From Vezdaea acicularis (taxonomy: Eukaryota), in contig JAPEUI010000035.1 of the NCBI GenBank assembly GCA_026025075.1, forward strand, positions 1 to 64,000: a stretch of DNA of 64,000 nucleotides, read 5' to 3'. How positions within the stretch are numbered: the stretch's first letter is position 1; every line of letters begins with the position of its first letter. The position numbers and the translations under genes are program-made. This document shows, piece after piece, positions 1 through 12,914 of this stretch. The notes under the pieces were generated by a model. The model was not told the DNA's origin. It saw nothing but the letters and a program-made list of their open reading frames with translations, and did no database searches.

Positions 1-961
1 CCCAACGTCGAGATATTTGGAGAGAAGATTCTTGAATAGGGATACCAGACTCTATTTCTGAACAGGCAACATTTAAACTTGGAGGAATTCCATCTTCCCC
101 CGCTAACAATGCTTTCCAAGCAATGTTCCGATAGTCTCCGTGTCTTCCATCTCTTGGTAACAGATTTTCATAATTTATTGGAAAGGTATTAGAGCAACTA
201 GGACTGTCTCTTCTTGGCATATGCCTATTCCAATATTGACACATTTCTTTAAATCCCAAGCCTGATTCGTCTGATAAGTTTGTTCCTGCATTGCAAGAAC
301 AAGTGGTGCTCCAGGATTTTTGCAGTCGTTCATCAATCTCATGATCCAATCCTAAAGCATCGTCTGAATTTGTTTCACTCAATGTCAAAGATTGAGTGTC
401 TGCAATATCATCGTCTCTTTCCAAGACATCAGTTGCTATACTGGAAGAGATATTTGAGCTGTCCAAAAGCTCTAAAGATTGTCTGAAAGCATCTAGCTCA
501 AGTCCGGCCTCATCAGCAACATCTAATTGGCCTTGAATAGTTGATGGTTCCTGATTTGATGCAAATGATAGATTTAGAAGTTCACTGGATTCCGAATTGA
601 CTTCATCTGAAGTAGTTGAATGATGATCTAGTAGAATATTTAAGTCAATATCGGATTCTTCATGTGCTTCTGCCGGCAAAAGAGGATGATCTGTTTCTGG
701 AATAGACTCAACATCAAGTTGGGCATCAGCAAAAAGATTGACAAGTCCATCGAAAGGCTCATTCAGTTTGCTTGCAGCATGCAAAACTGGTGAGGAAATT
801 GATGGAGCCAAAACAGCTGGAATAGATGATGACGTAGATTCTGGTAAGACGCTCAGTGATGTTGATGAATAGGACTGATTCAAGGATCTAAGTTGATAAC
901 GGTTTTGCCGCGCTTGTTGAGCCTGCAGCTTTTCTGCTTGAGTCTTTGCTTTTTGCCCCAT
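1..961 (-). CDS. Intronless hypothetical protein, 5' part only (>=320 aa, runs off the left edge)
   Basis: ATG at 961. Hand translation is open to position 2 (MGQKAKTQAEKLQAQQARQNRY...acidic/Ser-rich...WSTTCSC...EMCQYW...WKALLAGEDGIPPSL...ISRRW). Absent from the ORF track because its stop lies outside the window. Confidence 0.7.
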   Translation of the reverse strand, partial: MGQKAKTQAEKLQAQQARQNRYQLRSLNQSYSSTSLSVLPESTSSSIPAVLAPSISSPVLHAASKLNEPFDGLVNLFADAQLDVESIPETDHPLLPAEAHEESDIDLNILLDHHSTTSDEVNSESSELLNLSFASNQEPSTIQGQLDVADEAGLELDAFRQSLELLDSSNISSSIATDVLERDDDIADTQSLTLSETNSDDALGLDHEIDERLQKSWSTTCSCNAGTNLSDESGLGFKEMCQYWNRHMPRRDSPSCSNTFPINYENLLPRDGRHGDYRNIAWKALLAGEDGIPPSLNVACSEIESGIPIQESSLQISRRW

Positions 962-1309
962 GATTTTGATGGGAGACATCAAACGCTATGGCGGATGCGT
1001 TGATATTTATTAACATGGTAGGAAGGCTACCTATGGCTTGTAGTGGCGTGTCTATAATGACTAATCATAAGTAGAATAAACCATCAAGCGTGATATGAAA
1101 ACTGCCTATTCCATTTTTGTTAGGTCTAGTTTAATGGAACTAACCAATTGCTGATTGATTCAGCTTAAGCGAGATTAATACAAGCAATTTTCATACATGC
1201 GCGATTTTTTTTATCCAATGATTCAATGACACGGCAGGATATTAGAAGTTGTATGGTCGCTACCATAGATAGAGCACACTAAAAATTGAAGTGTAACCAA
1301 TGAGATGAG

Positions 1310-1377
1310 GAATAAACCGTCAAGCGCCATTAGTCCTTGACGCCAAGCAAAACGAAAGCGCGCTTGACGGTTTATTC
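1310..1377. repeat. Perfect 18-bp inverted repeat with 32-bp spacer
   Basis: GAATAAACCGTCAAGCGC at 1310-1327 and its exact reverse complement at 1360-1377. A near-copy GAATAAACCATCAAGCG lies at 1074-1090. Confidence 0.9.
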
Positions 1378-2155
1378 ATCGCTTAATAGGCTGCGTTGCA
1401 TTGGAGGCGCATACTAATGCTCGCTTATGCACAGATAACCAATTAGCATCTATGCCGTCCCTCCACTACAACCACGCCATCCCGGTATGCAACCATCTTC
1501 TAGGCCGTCTGGCTGCTGGAAGAAATTCCCATAATCCTAATCGTGTCACATCATCAATCTGCGACTGCATGACCACCCACAAGACACCACAATGCGTCAC
1601 AACTCCCTACGGGATCACTTTAGCAACGCCAAAGTGCCACGGATACCACTCAATCCTCACTGATCAAGTCGTATGTTCTAAAAAGGTGATGAACATTCGT
1701 GGAAATGAGAAGAGGGGAAGGGGGAATGTTCTATTATGGGATAGGATTCAGCAAGGCATATGGTAAGATGACAGCGGCGACTACTATCAAGCTAACACTA
1801 CGAACAATTATCATCGATTGCTCAAAAAAAACACGCCGCTTATGAGCCATTTATATTGTCCACCGCCTCGCCAATTCCACGGCTTTTATGAACGGCAAAT
1901 TATCCGTTGCGACGCAAAGTCTCTCTAACCATAACGTGCGACAACTTCCCAACTTCTGACCCCTCATTATAGCTCCACTTTTGCCTTGTGACATCTTCCG
2001 CCCGTCTCCGGTCGCAAGACATTCAACGATATCTCCGCAAAATATGGGTCACATAAAAGCCATTATAGACTCTGGATCCGCCCAGCCTTCAACGAAGCTT
2101 TGCGACCCATAAAGTGCCCCTCTGGCCATGGCATCCACCACTTTGCATCACAAAC

Positions 2156-3175
2156 ATGCTACTCAGAGCCGTCCGGCGGTCTCCTCCGTCACCTCGTGTC
2201 CTTCTCTCCAACATCTATCCAATCTTCATGGCATGTATCTTTGTGATACTGCTGATTCTGTGAGTTTAGCACTGTTGAGTAACTTGAGTATGCTGACTCT
2301 GTAGCACACTTTCTCAAATAGTTCAGCCCCTTCTTTCCATGCCCTTGGCGTATCCTTCATTGTCCTATCCGGATCCTCTAACTCGCGATGTCGTCCCAAT
2401 TCAGTGTCATTCTCATAATGATTATTGGCGGCCTCATCCGCTCTTAGATGCCCTTCGAGCAGGCTGCGTGAGTGTGGAAGCTGATGTGTGGCATATCGGT
2501 CAGGAGCTCTATGTTGGACACTCACGAGCAAGTCTGGTGCCTGCTCGCACCCTGACCAGCATGTACATCAGCCCGATACGTGAAATCTTGGAAACCATGA
2601 ATCCTAATAGATCGCTCAGCCCGGTTGGAGTTTTTGATGCAGTCCCGCTGCAGACCCTGTACCTTTTGATCGATTTTAAGACTAGGGGCTTACAGACGTG
2701 GAACCTCGTAGTTGAAGCTCTAGAGCCATTAAGAAGGCCAGACTGGCTGACTAGGTTTGATGGGACCACATTACATACTGGCCCGGTGACCTTAGTCGCG
2801 ACTGGGAATGTGCCATTCGAGAGGGTAATGGCCAATAGAACTCAACGAGACATTTTCTTCGATGCACCTCTGGCCTCTTTGGAATCGTCTGAGGACACAA
2901 ACCTCACATTCAAGTACAATACAACCAATTCAGTCTATGCGTCAGCTCCTTTGGTGCAGTCCCCGCCGCCACATATCCCAGTAGACAAAGAGTTGGAGTC
3001 AATTGTAGAGCAAATCAAAGCTGCAAATATTAGGGGTTTGAAAGCAAGGTACTGGAATACACCGCCATGGCCGATTGCCACCAGAAACGAGATTTGGACG
3101 TTATTAGTAAACGAGGGCGTTGGAGTGCTGAATGTGGACGATCTAGATGCTGTACAACGGTTCTGGGAGACATAA
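2156..3175 (+). CDS. AIM6: AIM6-family PLC-like phosphodiesterase (2 exons)
   Basis: Motifs CHSHNDYW, GCVSVEADVW and RYWNTP. ATG 2156 with intron 2260-2304 (GTGAGT...CTGAC...TAG) adds an N-terminal hydrophobic anchor in frame with ORF 2339-3175. Confidence 0.85.
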
Positions 3176-3515
3176 ACATTGCAACCTTTCTCCACCCTTC
3201 AGATTTAAAGTAGCGTGTAGAGATTAGAAAATGTCAACTTTTCCAAGGGACGAGCTATTCAAATAACCGCGCTATCCACTGCAACATGCTAATGATGATA
3301 ATACGCACGCTAACTCGATTCAACCGTGATGCAATAATGAGAGCCAATATGCCTTATGCATTTGCTGCTTCGCCGCCTTTGTGCTCTGTTCAAGAACATC
3401 AAATACACCCTGCCCACTTTTCAAGCTTGTAGAGGATATTGTTGGTATCTACAGACTTTAAGAGTAACTCCATCCAATGCATGTAAATCAATAATGTGTG
3501 ATTGATAGGGCGTTT

Positions 3516-5224
3516 TTACAAGAATCGTAATAAGCCTTGCGCCATCCCAGGCGCAATCCCTGGGACCATGCTATAGCTATAGAGGTCGCGCTTGTTATTT
3601 GTCGAATTGTTGTTGAATTGCAGATTCCCAAGGTCGCACCAATTTTTGATGGGCTTTCAACATGTCAGCATCACACTGTAATATTAAACGTTTAGGGGGC
3701 TTACAAGACAGGACAAGTGTTTGCACCAGTTGCATTGGACGCGGTATTTGTAAAAATTGTTCAAAAGAACAATAAAGGCGATAAGAACTCCGACGAGAGC
3801 ACCAGCTCTAAGTAGCCACCAAACCCACCACAAGAGTTTTCGACCTTTGAAGAATCCAACAGGTTGCTTAGCGAACGCCTTGACGCCGTTATCATCTTGA
3901 TCGTCCGGGAGTCCACCCAAGGCTCCTGCCATGACCGGTTCGTAGGGTTTGACTACTCCAATACGCTCTCTAAGGGCCACCGGCGAATGTAAAATACAGA
4001 TTCCCATACCTAAACCCATCAAGAATCCCCCGATGTGAGAGAAATTGTCAAGCCCAGGGAGGAGACCTAGGACAAATGACAAAACCACGTCAAATCCAAT
4101 CCATGCGAGTTCGACCCAGGGCGATTCGTGTTCACGCCATCTGAAAAGAAGATCGACAAGGGTGAGGGCAAGTATGCCAAACAAGCTTCCAGATGCACCA
4201 GTAGATGCAATTCCGCTTGGAGCGAAGTTACCCCCTAGGACAAATCCAAAGATGCCGGCACTGAAATAAACGATGAAGAAGCGTAACGGCCCTATGAGCT
4301 TCTCCATATCTCGTCCAAGCGTAAGTTGTAATAACATGTTGAAGGCTATGTGGATTATTCCTGCGTGGAGGAATATTGGTACAACAAAGCGGAACCATTG
4401 ATCTGGCTGCGGCTGATCGTTGATAGACCCTCCAACTTTTGGATTTGGAACGCCTGAAAATCCGCAGAGATCAGAGAGCGTACACTGATTCGAAGGATCA
4501 TTTACGTCCGTAGTTGTTATGTTGGGGCATGGCCAATTGATAGTGGATTTGGAATCTTGTATACCAATTGTAGATCTCATACAGGGTACAAAACGTGCGC
4601 CCATGTTAATCAAGACGTATTGCGAAGGGCCAATCATTGGGTTGAAAGTCGGATGAATCTCGATTGGGGATTTAGTTAAGACCGCTAAAAATACTTAGAC
4701 TGCGTCAATGTGGGGAGTGAGTATTTCTTACAGTTTTTGACAATCTCGGCAATGAAAACAGATATTTGAATAAGGGTCAAGATGTATACAACCCATGTAA
4801 CGCGGCCGCTACCGCCAAAAAACCTCTTCATACCCTTTCTCCGAGGCGGATCGCTAACTGGGCCCGGTAGTCCATCAGCTGAATTTGTTGATAACTTCGA
4901 TGCCTGGTCGCGCAATGGTATATCATCTGCATAATGCCCATGATCGGAAGTCCTCTCTTGGTTGCCGTAATATGCAGATTCCCCCCCAAGGCTTTGTTGA
5001 CTTTCTTGGGCGACATAAGGTGAAGGGGACCTATAGCCATACTCGCTATCATCAAAAGGTGACTTAGGCGGTCTTTTCGATTCGCCCCTATTAGATCTTG
5101 TTGAGATTGTACGAGACGGTGGGGAAGGCTGAGATCGCGACGGTGTATCAAAGCTGGGGTTGAAGTCGAGGTCGTATTGCGGCCTTGTGGAGTGATTCCG
5201 CTCATAATAATCATTTGCGGCCAT
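3516..5224 (-). CDS. Rhomboid-family intramembrane serine protease (3 exons)
   Basis: QWFRF, FLHAG..H...N, catalytic GASG and NFSHIGG motifs, multiple TM segments. Introns near 4685-4731 and 3654-3704; stop TAA at 3516-3518. Confidence 0.9.
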
Positions 5225-5763
5225 CTTCACCAGACTACGGCCCTAGAGGGCAGCACAGTCACTGATTTCAGATGCGTATAATGCACAAGATGGAAGAAGT
5301 GAGGGGTTTGCTAAGGGTACTCGAGGGTCCTTCAGGCTTAGCGCGAATTGAATGCTCGAAACAGGAACGGGCCGTGCTGGGAGATGCAGGGTAGAGACCC
5401 GTATTTGAAACCGCTTCCAACCTGTTTCGAGTATTCAGTTTTCTCAAAAAGATATTGTATCGTCTAACCTGCTATAAGAGTTGGAGAATGAGAAGTAGTC
5501 TTTGATGCACTGTGTTGATTTATTTTCAAGCCTCAGTCGCTGGGAGCTAATTTAAGCCGCATTCACTCGTCAGCTCAGCTGTGCTGCGCCTGAATCGGCC
5601 CACTAAACTTGGAATACCGGATTGCACGCAGCGACAGGGGGCTGTCGAGAAGCTTGGGGGTCACTAACAAGTGTAATCCAGCTAGAGAGTATGTTTAAGT
5701 TATGAAAGCGCGAATGAGTTGGCAAAAAAATTGATGTTCGGAATCAAAAATTGCAACGTAAAT

Positions 5764-5854
5764 CGACAGAAGCAGGATTTGAACCTGCGCGGCCGAAGCC
5801 ATATGATCACGTGAAAATTCGAGTCATACCCATTAACCACTCTGGCATCCTGTC
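5764..5854 (-). tRNA. tRNA-Ser(CGA) with a 10-nt intron
   Basis: The reverse complement folds as acceptor GACAGGA/TTCTGTC, D-loop TGG, anticodon stem TATGA/TCATA with CT-CGA-A, intron 5808-5817, long variable arm GGCTTCGGCC and T-arm GCAGG-TTCAAAT-CCTGC. A T-run terminator follows. Confidence 0.93.
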
Positions 5855-5966
5855 CGTATTTTGATTAATGCCATAATGTAGTATATAATCTCAATATCCA
5901 AACCAGGCTCAAAACATTATCACATTGTCGCTTTGTTCAGCTCCAGTACGATCGTCCGCAATCGAT

Positions 5967-6464
5967 ATGTCTGGTCTTGCCACTGAATCATCGTTCCCAG
6001 ACATCACCAAAAAAATCTCCCTAGGACTCATCATAGCCTCTCCTATCCTCATTGCTCTCCCACCACGCAAATTCGACCTTTACACCATAGTTCTCAGCGG
6101 CACATTTGTGCTCTCCGCCAACCACTACATAAAGGCATCATCTGGTCGTTCAATCTTAGATCATGTTAAAGCACGAAGTCCACCACTTGATGGCTTGCCG
6201 AGTGACAGAGCACGAGAAGTGCAACGGACGTTGAGGCAGGTGAGAAGGATTGACCACTCTGCTGAAGACAGAGGCGTGTTGGACAAGCTGTGGATGGGCA
6301 ATGAGAAAGAAGGTTGGAAGGAACGAAGGATACGGGAAGAAAAAGAGAGGCTCGCGAGAGGCGATGGTTATGGCTCAATGATAATGAGTTACGTACGTGA
6401 TGTCTGGAAGGGGGAAAAAGATGGGTCGACTGGCGAAAATGATGATAGCGATGGGAAAGAGTAA
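5967..6464 (+). CDS. Conserved small fungal membrane protein of unknown function
   Basis: First ATG of ORF 5925-6464. Hydrophobic N-terminus with LPPRKFDLYT and C-terminal LWMG.E.EGWKERR...GYG motifs that I recognise from fungal hypothetical proteins. Confidence 0.7.
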   Translation: MSGLATESSFPDITKKISLGLIIASPILIALPPRKFDLYTIVLSGTFVLSANHYIKASSGRSILDHVKARSPPLDGLPSDRAREVQRTLRQVRRIDHSAEDRGVLDKLWMGNEKEGWKERRIREEKERLARGDGYGSMIMSYVRDVWKGEKDGSTGENDDSDGKE

Positions 6465-6679
6465 CGATGCTACTAATTGCCGACGCAATTGTTCAGAACA
6501 TATGTTTACTCCTCGGTTCTATACACGTCTGCCTCTGCCTCCAAAAGTAGGGAAGTTCAGACAGGAGGAGCAAGTAGATATAGCGAGCCCAAGCGAGAGT
6601 GCGGGAGATGTGGTTCTGGATGGTAACATATCTAATAACCGTCCCTCTATGCTCCATCCTTATCTCCATCTTCCCTTTC

Positions 6680-7741
6680 TTATGGGTTTCTCTTTGGCTT
6701 TTTCTTTTTGGGCTTTTCAATGTAACTTATATTCTCTCCCTGCTCCAAGCCTACAACCTTAGCGATCGCCGAATCTCCCGACTCCCGTTTCCGTTTTTCA
6801 TGTTTCTTCTTCCGTCTCTCCTCCTTCTCCCTCAGTCTCGCTTCCACCTCCTCACGGATATCTTCTACCTCTGTCTCCACGTTGCCCTCACCGTTCTTTT
6901 CCTTTGAGACTTTGGGTTTTTTTGGCTGTGTTTTGTCGCTGGCCATAGCCTCCTCAGCCGGGCGTTTCGTGGACTTGGTACGATGTGGAACTTCCTTAGC
7001 CCGTTGATCTGGTAGACTTATCTTGACTGGGGTCGGCTTTGTATCAACTTTGAAATAGGTATATTCTTCCCTTTGGGTATTATTCGGCTTGTGGTCTTCG
7101 CTTTCATTCGATGTGAGCTGGTTAGAAAGCTTTTCATGTTTTTGCAGATACGGCTTTCGCTTTGCGCCATGCTGTAATCCGAAAGTATGGTCAGAGTCAA
7201 TAGAAATACTGCTTGAAGGCTTCCAATCAAGACCCACATGCTTGGATTTTGCATAAGTCTGCCCGGCTTCTTGCACAGCTTCACCGTGTTCGTGATCCGC
7301 AGGTAAATAGCCAGGGTCCATTGATGCTGGAGAAGAACTAATGGGACCATTCTCGAACTGTGGGGCAGGAGGGAGCTTGTCAAGTCAGCGAATGTCCAGA
7401 TATTAGGGCAACAGACAATCTCACGAAGTTTCTTTGTATAGTTTTGGTGGCATAGAGCATTTCATTCGTATGCTCAAGAAGCGGGGTGATAGTGTTCCAA
7501 TTACCAGTCCCAGGCATTGTGTGGCTCTGAACAACTTCAATCATCCTCCGATGTCCTTCAATGAGCGACACATGATCTTTGAAGATCTGCACACTAATTT
7601 CAGTTTGCTTCTTAAAGTTCTACGAACTTGCGGACTAATTACCTCCAGCCATGGGATATGTCGCGCTTGATTGGGAGTGCCTTTTTGGCGTTCTCGCCAT
7701 GGTTTTGCCCTCTTTGCGGCCCTTTCCTCTTTTGTGGCCAT
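6680..7741 (-). CDS. Hypothetical protein with Lys/Glu-rich C-terminus (3 exons)
   Basis: ORF pieces 7741-, 7592- and 7321- join in frame through two GT-AG introns (GTAATT...CAG and GTGAGA...CTGAC...AAG). The C-terminus is rich in NLS-like basic clusters. Confidence 0.6.
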
Positions 7742-8427
7742 GGTCTATGCTATATCCGAAAGAACCAGAAGTTTGCACACTTGAACCAAGTTATACCTGA
7801 ATCATGCACTGATCAAGTGATAAATGAAGATGCGAGAATTCAAAACCAGTTTACACGGTTCACTAACGACGCGACTGATTCCGCATCAGTGCACCACATG
7901 CAATTAGTGTTGCGCTACTTAGCGTTACACTATGTGATTAAGCTTTGTGCTTGTCCATGCAGGGAAGCAGGCTACGCTTAATTCGGTCCACGGAGCGTTA
8001 GTTACGTCTGTTTCGTCAAAGCGTGGCCTTCTAGGTACGTTTTCTAGCTGGTAAAATGTTACACCGAAATCAGAGCACTTCGTCTCTTTTCGAAGTTCGG
8101 TCCCTTCTTGTCCAATAAGGATTAGACTTATTCCCCAACCCTAGAACATAGGATTATATGCGATCCCATACCGACCTATTGCTCGGTGAGAGTGGACTTG
8201 GCGAGGCAAATTCCCTTTCTCCAAATTCGGGTTTTGGGTTCATGCTATTTGTGGGTACTCTTTGACAATGTGTCGATTTCCTAAAGATATACGCTATGCT
8301 CTAAGCCCAGCCCACGCACAATCCTCATCTATACTCCAATAATTAAGCGGTTACAAATCCTATGTTTGTTCCTCAAGCAGTGTTCGTTGCTCCTGTGCAA
8401 CGCTTGCTACAGACCTGTCCAAAGATT

Positions 8428-11400
8428 TCACCAAGCTGCAAGACCATGGTCGAAGCGCACCAACTCTTTTCCAGCGTCTTCAACGTCCTTCTTCGCTTTC
8501 ATCCTCATGTAGAAGATTGGGCAATCCTTGCTGCTACAAATGACTTCGCAGTGCAAGCTCCCTTGACACCGCTGGCATTGCGTCCAGAGCCTTCCAAACC
8601 GTACCTCCAGATCAGATACATGAGCCAGCGTTTTTTGGTACAGCTCACCAAGCCGAGGTTGACAATTTTCGCAGACAGCGCCGTTGCTTTCCTCCTTCCC
8701 TATCAAGGGCTTTTTACAACCCATGCACGTTTGAGTTTTCTTAGCAAACTTCATTAGACCTCCTCCGCCAGTCCGTCCAGACGCTACTGTTATTGCTCGA
8801 GTATGTTCACCCGTGAGCAGTTGGGCTGACTTATTCTCCCCTAAAATTGGATCGAATATCCGAGCCAGCGGCTTGGCTAGTTGGTTGTCAAGATAGTACT
8901 TTGTGTCAATTGGAACGTTGTTTTCCAGCACGTAGATTGGATCCTCGGAACGCTCGTAATTCCTTGCACCTGCGCTGCCTTTCACGATGACATAGGCCAC
9001 GCGATCGCCCAGCGCGGGAGCAGACCCAAGATCTCTCTTTTTCATACGTTCCGCCAGCTCAAAATGCGCTTGCTTTGCGGTGTACACCTCCTTTGAGAGA
9101 GCTTTGGTGATAACTAGCTTAGACATGTCAATCTTATTCTGAAGAAGGTCTGAGATGGTATCTTTGACGTATCTAAAATCGGTTAGCTCATATTCTTGGC
9201 GAAGAAACGAAGCACTCACTCTTGAGCCCCTTCGACATCTCGATCGATCAAAATCATCCTTAGAATTGTCTCAATCACCGTCTGAACGAGGCGGCAATTA
9301 TCTCTTCGTACTGTCTCAATACCCTTACTGTCCATTTTGTCGTACTTTTCGGTTCCCGTCCAGTACAGCCCAGCATAACGCTTTTTGTTAATCAAGAGGT
9401 AAGGAGAGTAAACCTTCTCAAACTCCAGCTTGATAGGCTGGATGAACTTTGATGACACGAAGGTAGCGGCGTCTCGCCCTAGCTCCATTGCTTTTGCGAG
9501 GTCCTCTGGGCCGAACTTCACCATTACTGAGTCCGTATCCCCATATATCACTTCTGCATCATGCGAGTAGCCATTGGCGATTGTGTAACGCTTCTCGACT
9601 TCCTCTTTAGTCTTCTCAATCATTTGGCGCCCGTAGCTAGTTGTGCTGCTCGCAATTTGAAGGCAGGGCAACTTCCCTACCGTTGCACCTGTGAGTCCGT
9701 AAACACTATTGGCGCTGACTTTCAGTGCCAATTGTCTTCCGTTAAGCACAGCCTTCTTGAACGGGTCGGTTTCAACAGCAAGTTCCCTTCGGGCCTTCTT
9801 TCGAGCACCGAGGAGCTCTTCCAAAATAGTGGATAGCAGTCCTTTTCGCTGCTTAGAAGTGCAGAACATGTCACCGTTAGGCGTGACGATATAATCCTCA
9901 TCCTTTTTAAGACCTAATTTCTCGATACTTGCTTTGTTCAATAGAGTTGTATAGCACAGATTATGAGCTTGGATGATGCTAGGATATAGTGACGCAAAAT
10001 CCAATGTTGCCACTGGGACTCGGTAATAACCCCTCTTTGGTTCAATAACCGTAGCTCCTTCATACTGCTCTTCAGTTGCGCTAGATGGAAGATTGGGAAT
10101 GACAAGCTTCTGCTCAAGGGCTTTCCGGAATATCTGGCTGATAAATTTGACCTGTTGACCGCGAGATAATAGAAAATTGAAGGGCACCCCAGTGACTCTT
10201 GCCATCTCCGTGTAATTGACGAGACACATGAGCTTGTCCATCAGCCGCTGGGGAAGATAGGCATCCTTAAGACAGTAGACTGCAAGGCGTCGACGTGACT
10301 CTGGTGTTCCATTAAACAACTCTGTAATCATCGTATGATGAACATCCTCTTTCTGCTCGCCCAGGAAGTGGGCACAAACCGAGTTGAGCGTATAGCTACG
10401 TAACTGGTGGTCTCTTTGGATAAGCTGGAGCAGATCTAGTTGCAATCTACCGTTTGTGTTTGTTGCTTTTGTATCTCTGTTACCCATCTGCTTGCTTGAA
10501 AAGTTTGTTTTAGTGGCCAGAGAAATTTTATTGTTCAATCGACTCCAAAATGGGAATCTGGTGCACTTCAGGTGTTTGGCGCGGTCGAGGAGGTAGGGAA
10601 AGTCGAAATTGGCGATGTTATAGCCGATGATCACGTCCGGGTCCACTTCCTCCAAGAAGTCTCGCCATGCCATCAACATTTTTTCCTCTTTGTCGAATTC
10701 GAATATCTTTGTATTTACGATGAGACTGCAAGTATCCAAGCAGAACACATTTCTAACAAAAGGCCTAGATTCTCCGAACCTTGTCACGACATTGGCAATT
10801 TGAATGACTGGATCTTGCTCAGCTTCAGGAAAGATGCCCTTCCGTCCAGCACATTCAATGTCAAATGATAGGATGCGAAGTGGAGCCATTTTTGCCCACT
10901 TCCCTTCTGCAGGATGTGCGAACATGTCTCTGTAGTCTACCTGCGCTTCGATTTGGCAATTTGATTGACGTTCACGAGCCGGGAGCATGCTATATTTGCC
11001 CGGTTTGACTTCGACCCAAGCCATTCCAGAGAGCTGGGGCTATCAGCAACGCTTAATGGCAGGAGCCGAGATCGACTAACCTTCGTGTCAACCATGAATC
11101 TCAGCACATACTGAAGACTATCATACGTGAAAGTCCCTCCATCAACCCCGTTCCAGTAGCCTTTATAATTCGCGCCACCATCCTCAATAAGGGATCTTAG
11201 TCTGCTAATAGATCTCGGCTCTTTTACAGTTATCTTCAAATATGGGCTTCTCTGATTTCCTTGAAAGCCATAAAGGTTCTCTCTCAACACCATTTGCACA
11301 GAATGGATAGAGGTTTGATGGCCCCCCATTTGCGAGTCCAGCCAGATCTTGAAGCCTTCACAATCCTGCCGTTGAAAAGAGGAAGGCGCTTCGACATAAA

Positions 11401-11874
11401 GGTAATGTTTAAAGTCTGTGACATGAAGTAACACGGAGTGACCCGTCTTCTCTAAAGTAAGCATCAGTGAAAGAGAAGGGAAGAGGCTGTGGTTACCTCC
11501 GTGACTCCAAAAAGCTTGATGGCAGTCTCTCCACCTCGCACAGTGCCTTCCTCCGCTTCAATTTGCTGAAATACAAGATTTTCCACGGTCTCATCGAAAT
11601 CTTCCATGCCTGGGCGAGCCCACTGTTGGTCCTTCTCCGAATTATTCTCTTTTAGATCCGTCATATCCTGGGTTAGTTTCTCGAGTGTTTCTTCAAATTG
11701 GCTCTTGGGCTGACTAGACCCGATCCTGACTTTGTGATCATTTTGTGAGCTCTTGAAAGTTTTGACTGGAGATGGCGGTCCGTTGAGCTTTCGCTTTTTG
11801 GCAGAAATTGGAGAGACCGTGGCATTTTGACGGGTGTTAGTTGAGTCCCCAAGAACTCGCTTTTGGGCAGCCAT
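8428..11874 (-). CDS. POL3: DNA polymerase delta catalytic subunit (4 exons)
   Basis: Exo[30 protein letters not shown] and C-terminal CysA/CysB clusters. Likely ATG at 11874 ([10 protein letters not shown]). Confidence 0.97.
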
Positions 11875-12043
11875 TGTGGCACCTAGGTATCCAGCCAGAG
11901 GGTGCCTAAGCTTCCTGTAGATATTCAAGATATAACGTCCAATCGACGTTGGAAGGGTTAGGGCTCGTTCTTGGTTGATAACGTGCCTCAAGGTCCAGAT
12001 ATATCCATGTTGTTGAGGGGCAAGATTTACACGAGCCCACGCC

Positions 12044-12085
12044 CGCGACGCGATTTCAGGGATTACGCGAGCAGAGCAGACGCGA
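12044..12085. promoter_or_regulatory. Cluster of MCB-like (ACGCG) cell-cycle elements upstream of POL3
   Basis: ACGCGA at 12048-12053, 12065-12070 and 12080-12085 plus CGCG at 12044, about 170-210 bp upstream of the POL3 ATG. Confidence 0.6.
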
Positions 12086-12914
12086 GAAACGGAAAGTACA
12101 AGGTCCCGAACCAGCGAATTCACGGCGCAGAAGCGAATACTTCCCCTAAACGAAACGTCATCGGCTCGAAGGTACAGGACAACCCCATCACGCCGCGGAC
12201 ATGACTTGAACATAATACTCCAAAAGGAGAAAAGACGCAGCACTCTGGAGCTCATACCAAGAAGATCCAGTATAATATTTGTTGACGATTTTACGACTAC
12301 TGAGAGTGAATTATGCCTCGCTAGCTCCTGCATGTCTCATCATTTGGTAGCAACAGGATCCATAATTCAAAGAGATTTTATGATATAGCAAGGGCTAGCC
12401 TCCAAGGACTACTCTGAGCTTTTATGGCGTACGGATCATGGCCCATCCGTTCGAGAAGCTTGCATCCACAGCCATGCACACAAAATCAATCCTTTTAGGG
12501 CCCAACCTTGTTGGAGATGCTTGTTAGTGGAGAAATGCCATCACATGAGCCGCTCCGACTGCCAGGAATTGTAAAGCGGAAGTTCTCCATAAGTCCGGAC
12601 AGGGCAGATTGAGCTGAATCATTGGGACAAAGCAACAACCTTGATTCTGGAAAATCTAGCTGAACTTCTAGACGAGAACGGTTCACATGGAATGGCGAGC
12701 TTCGCATATTCTTTTGGGAATGCCTTGATTGTCGCCATGAAGGCCAAGGAGTTCACATATACCAAGCTTTTTGCAAGCTACTCGTACCAAAGGAATACCT
12801 TGTGTTTCACAACTAGCAACCTTGCCAATGCCTTGCATAAACATCGCACTGTCCGGTCAATGGTCTTCTTTCCTTTTCTCAATTTCCAGTGCTTTCGTAC
12901 AGATACTGCCTTCA

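Noticed and set aside
1401..1766. 121-aa TTG-start ORF
   Set aside because: No ATG in good context, no recognisable motifs, and it lies in a probable promoter or element-boundary region.
11875..12333. N-terminal extension of the POL3 ORF in the track
   Set aside because: Overlaps the MCB-like promoter motifs. The family-like N-terminus begins at ATG 11874.
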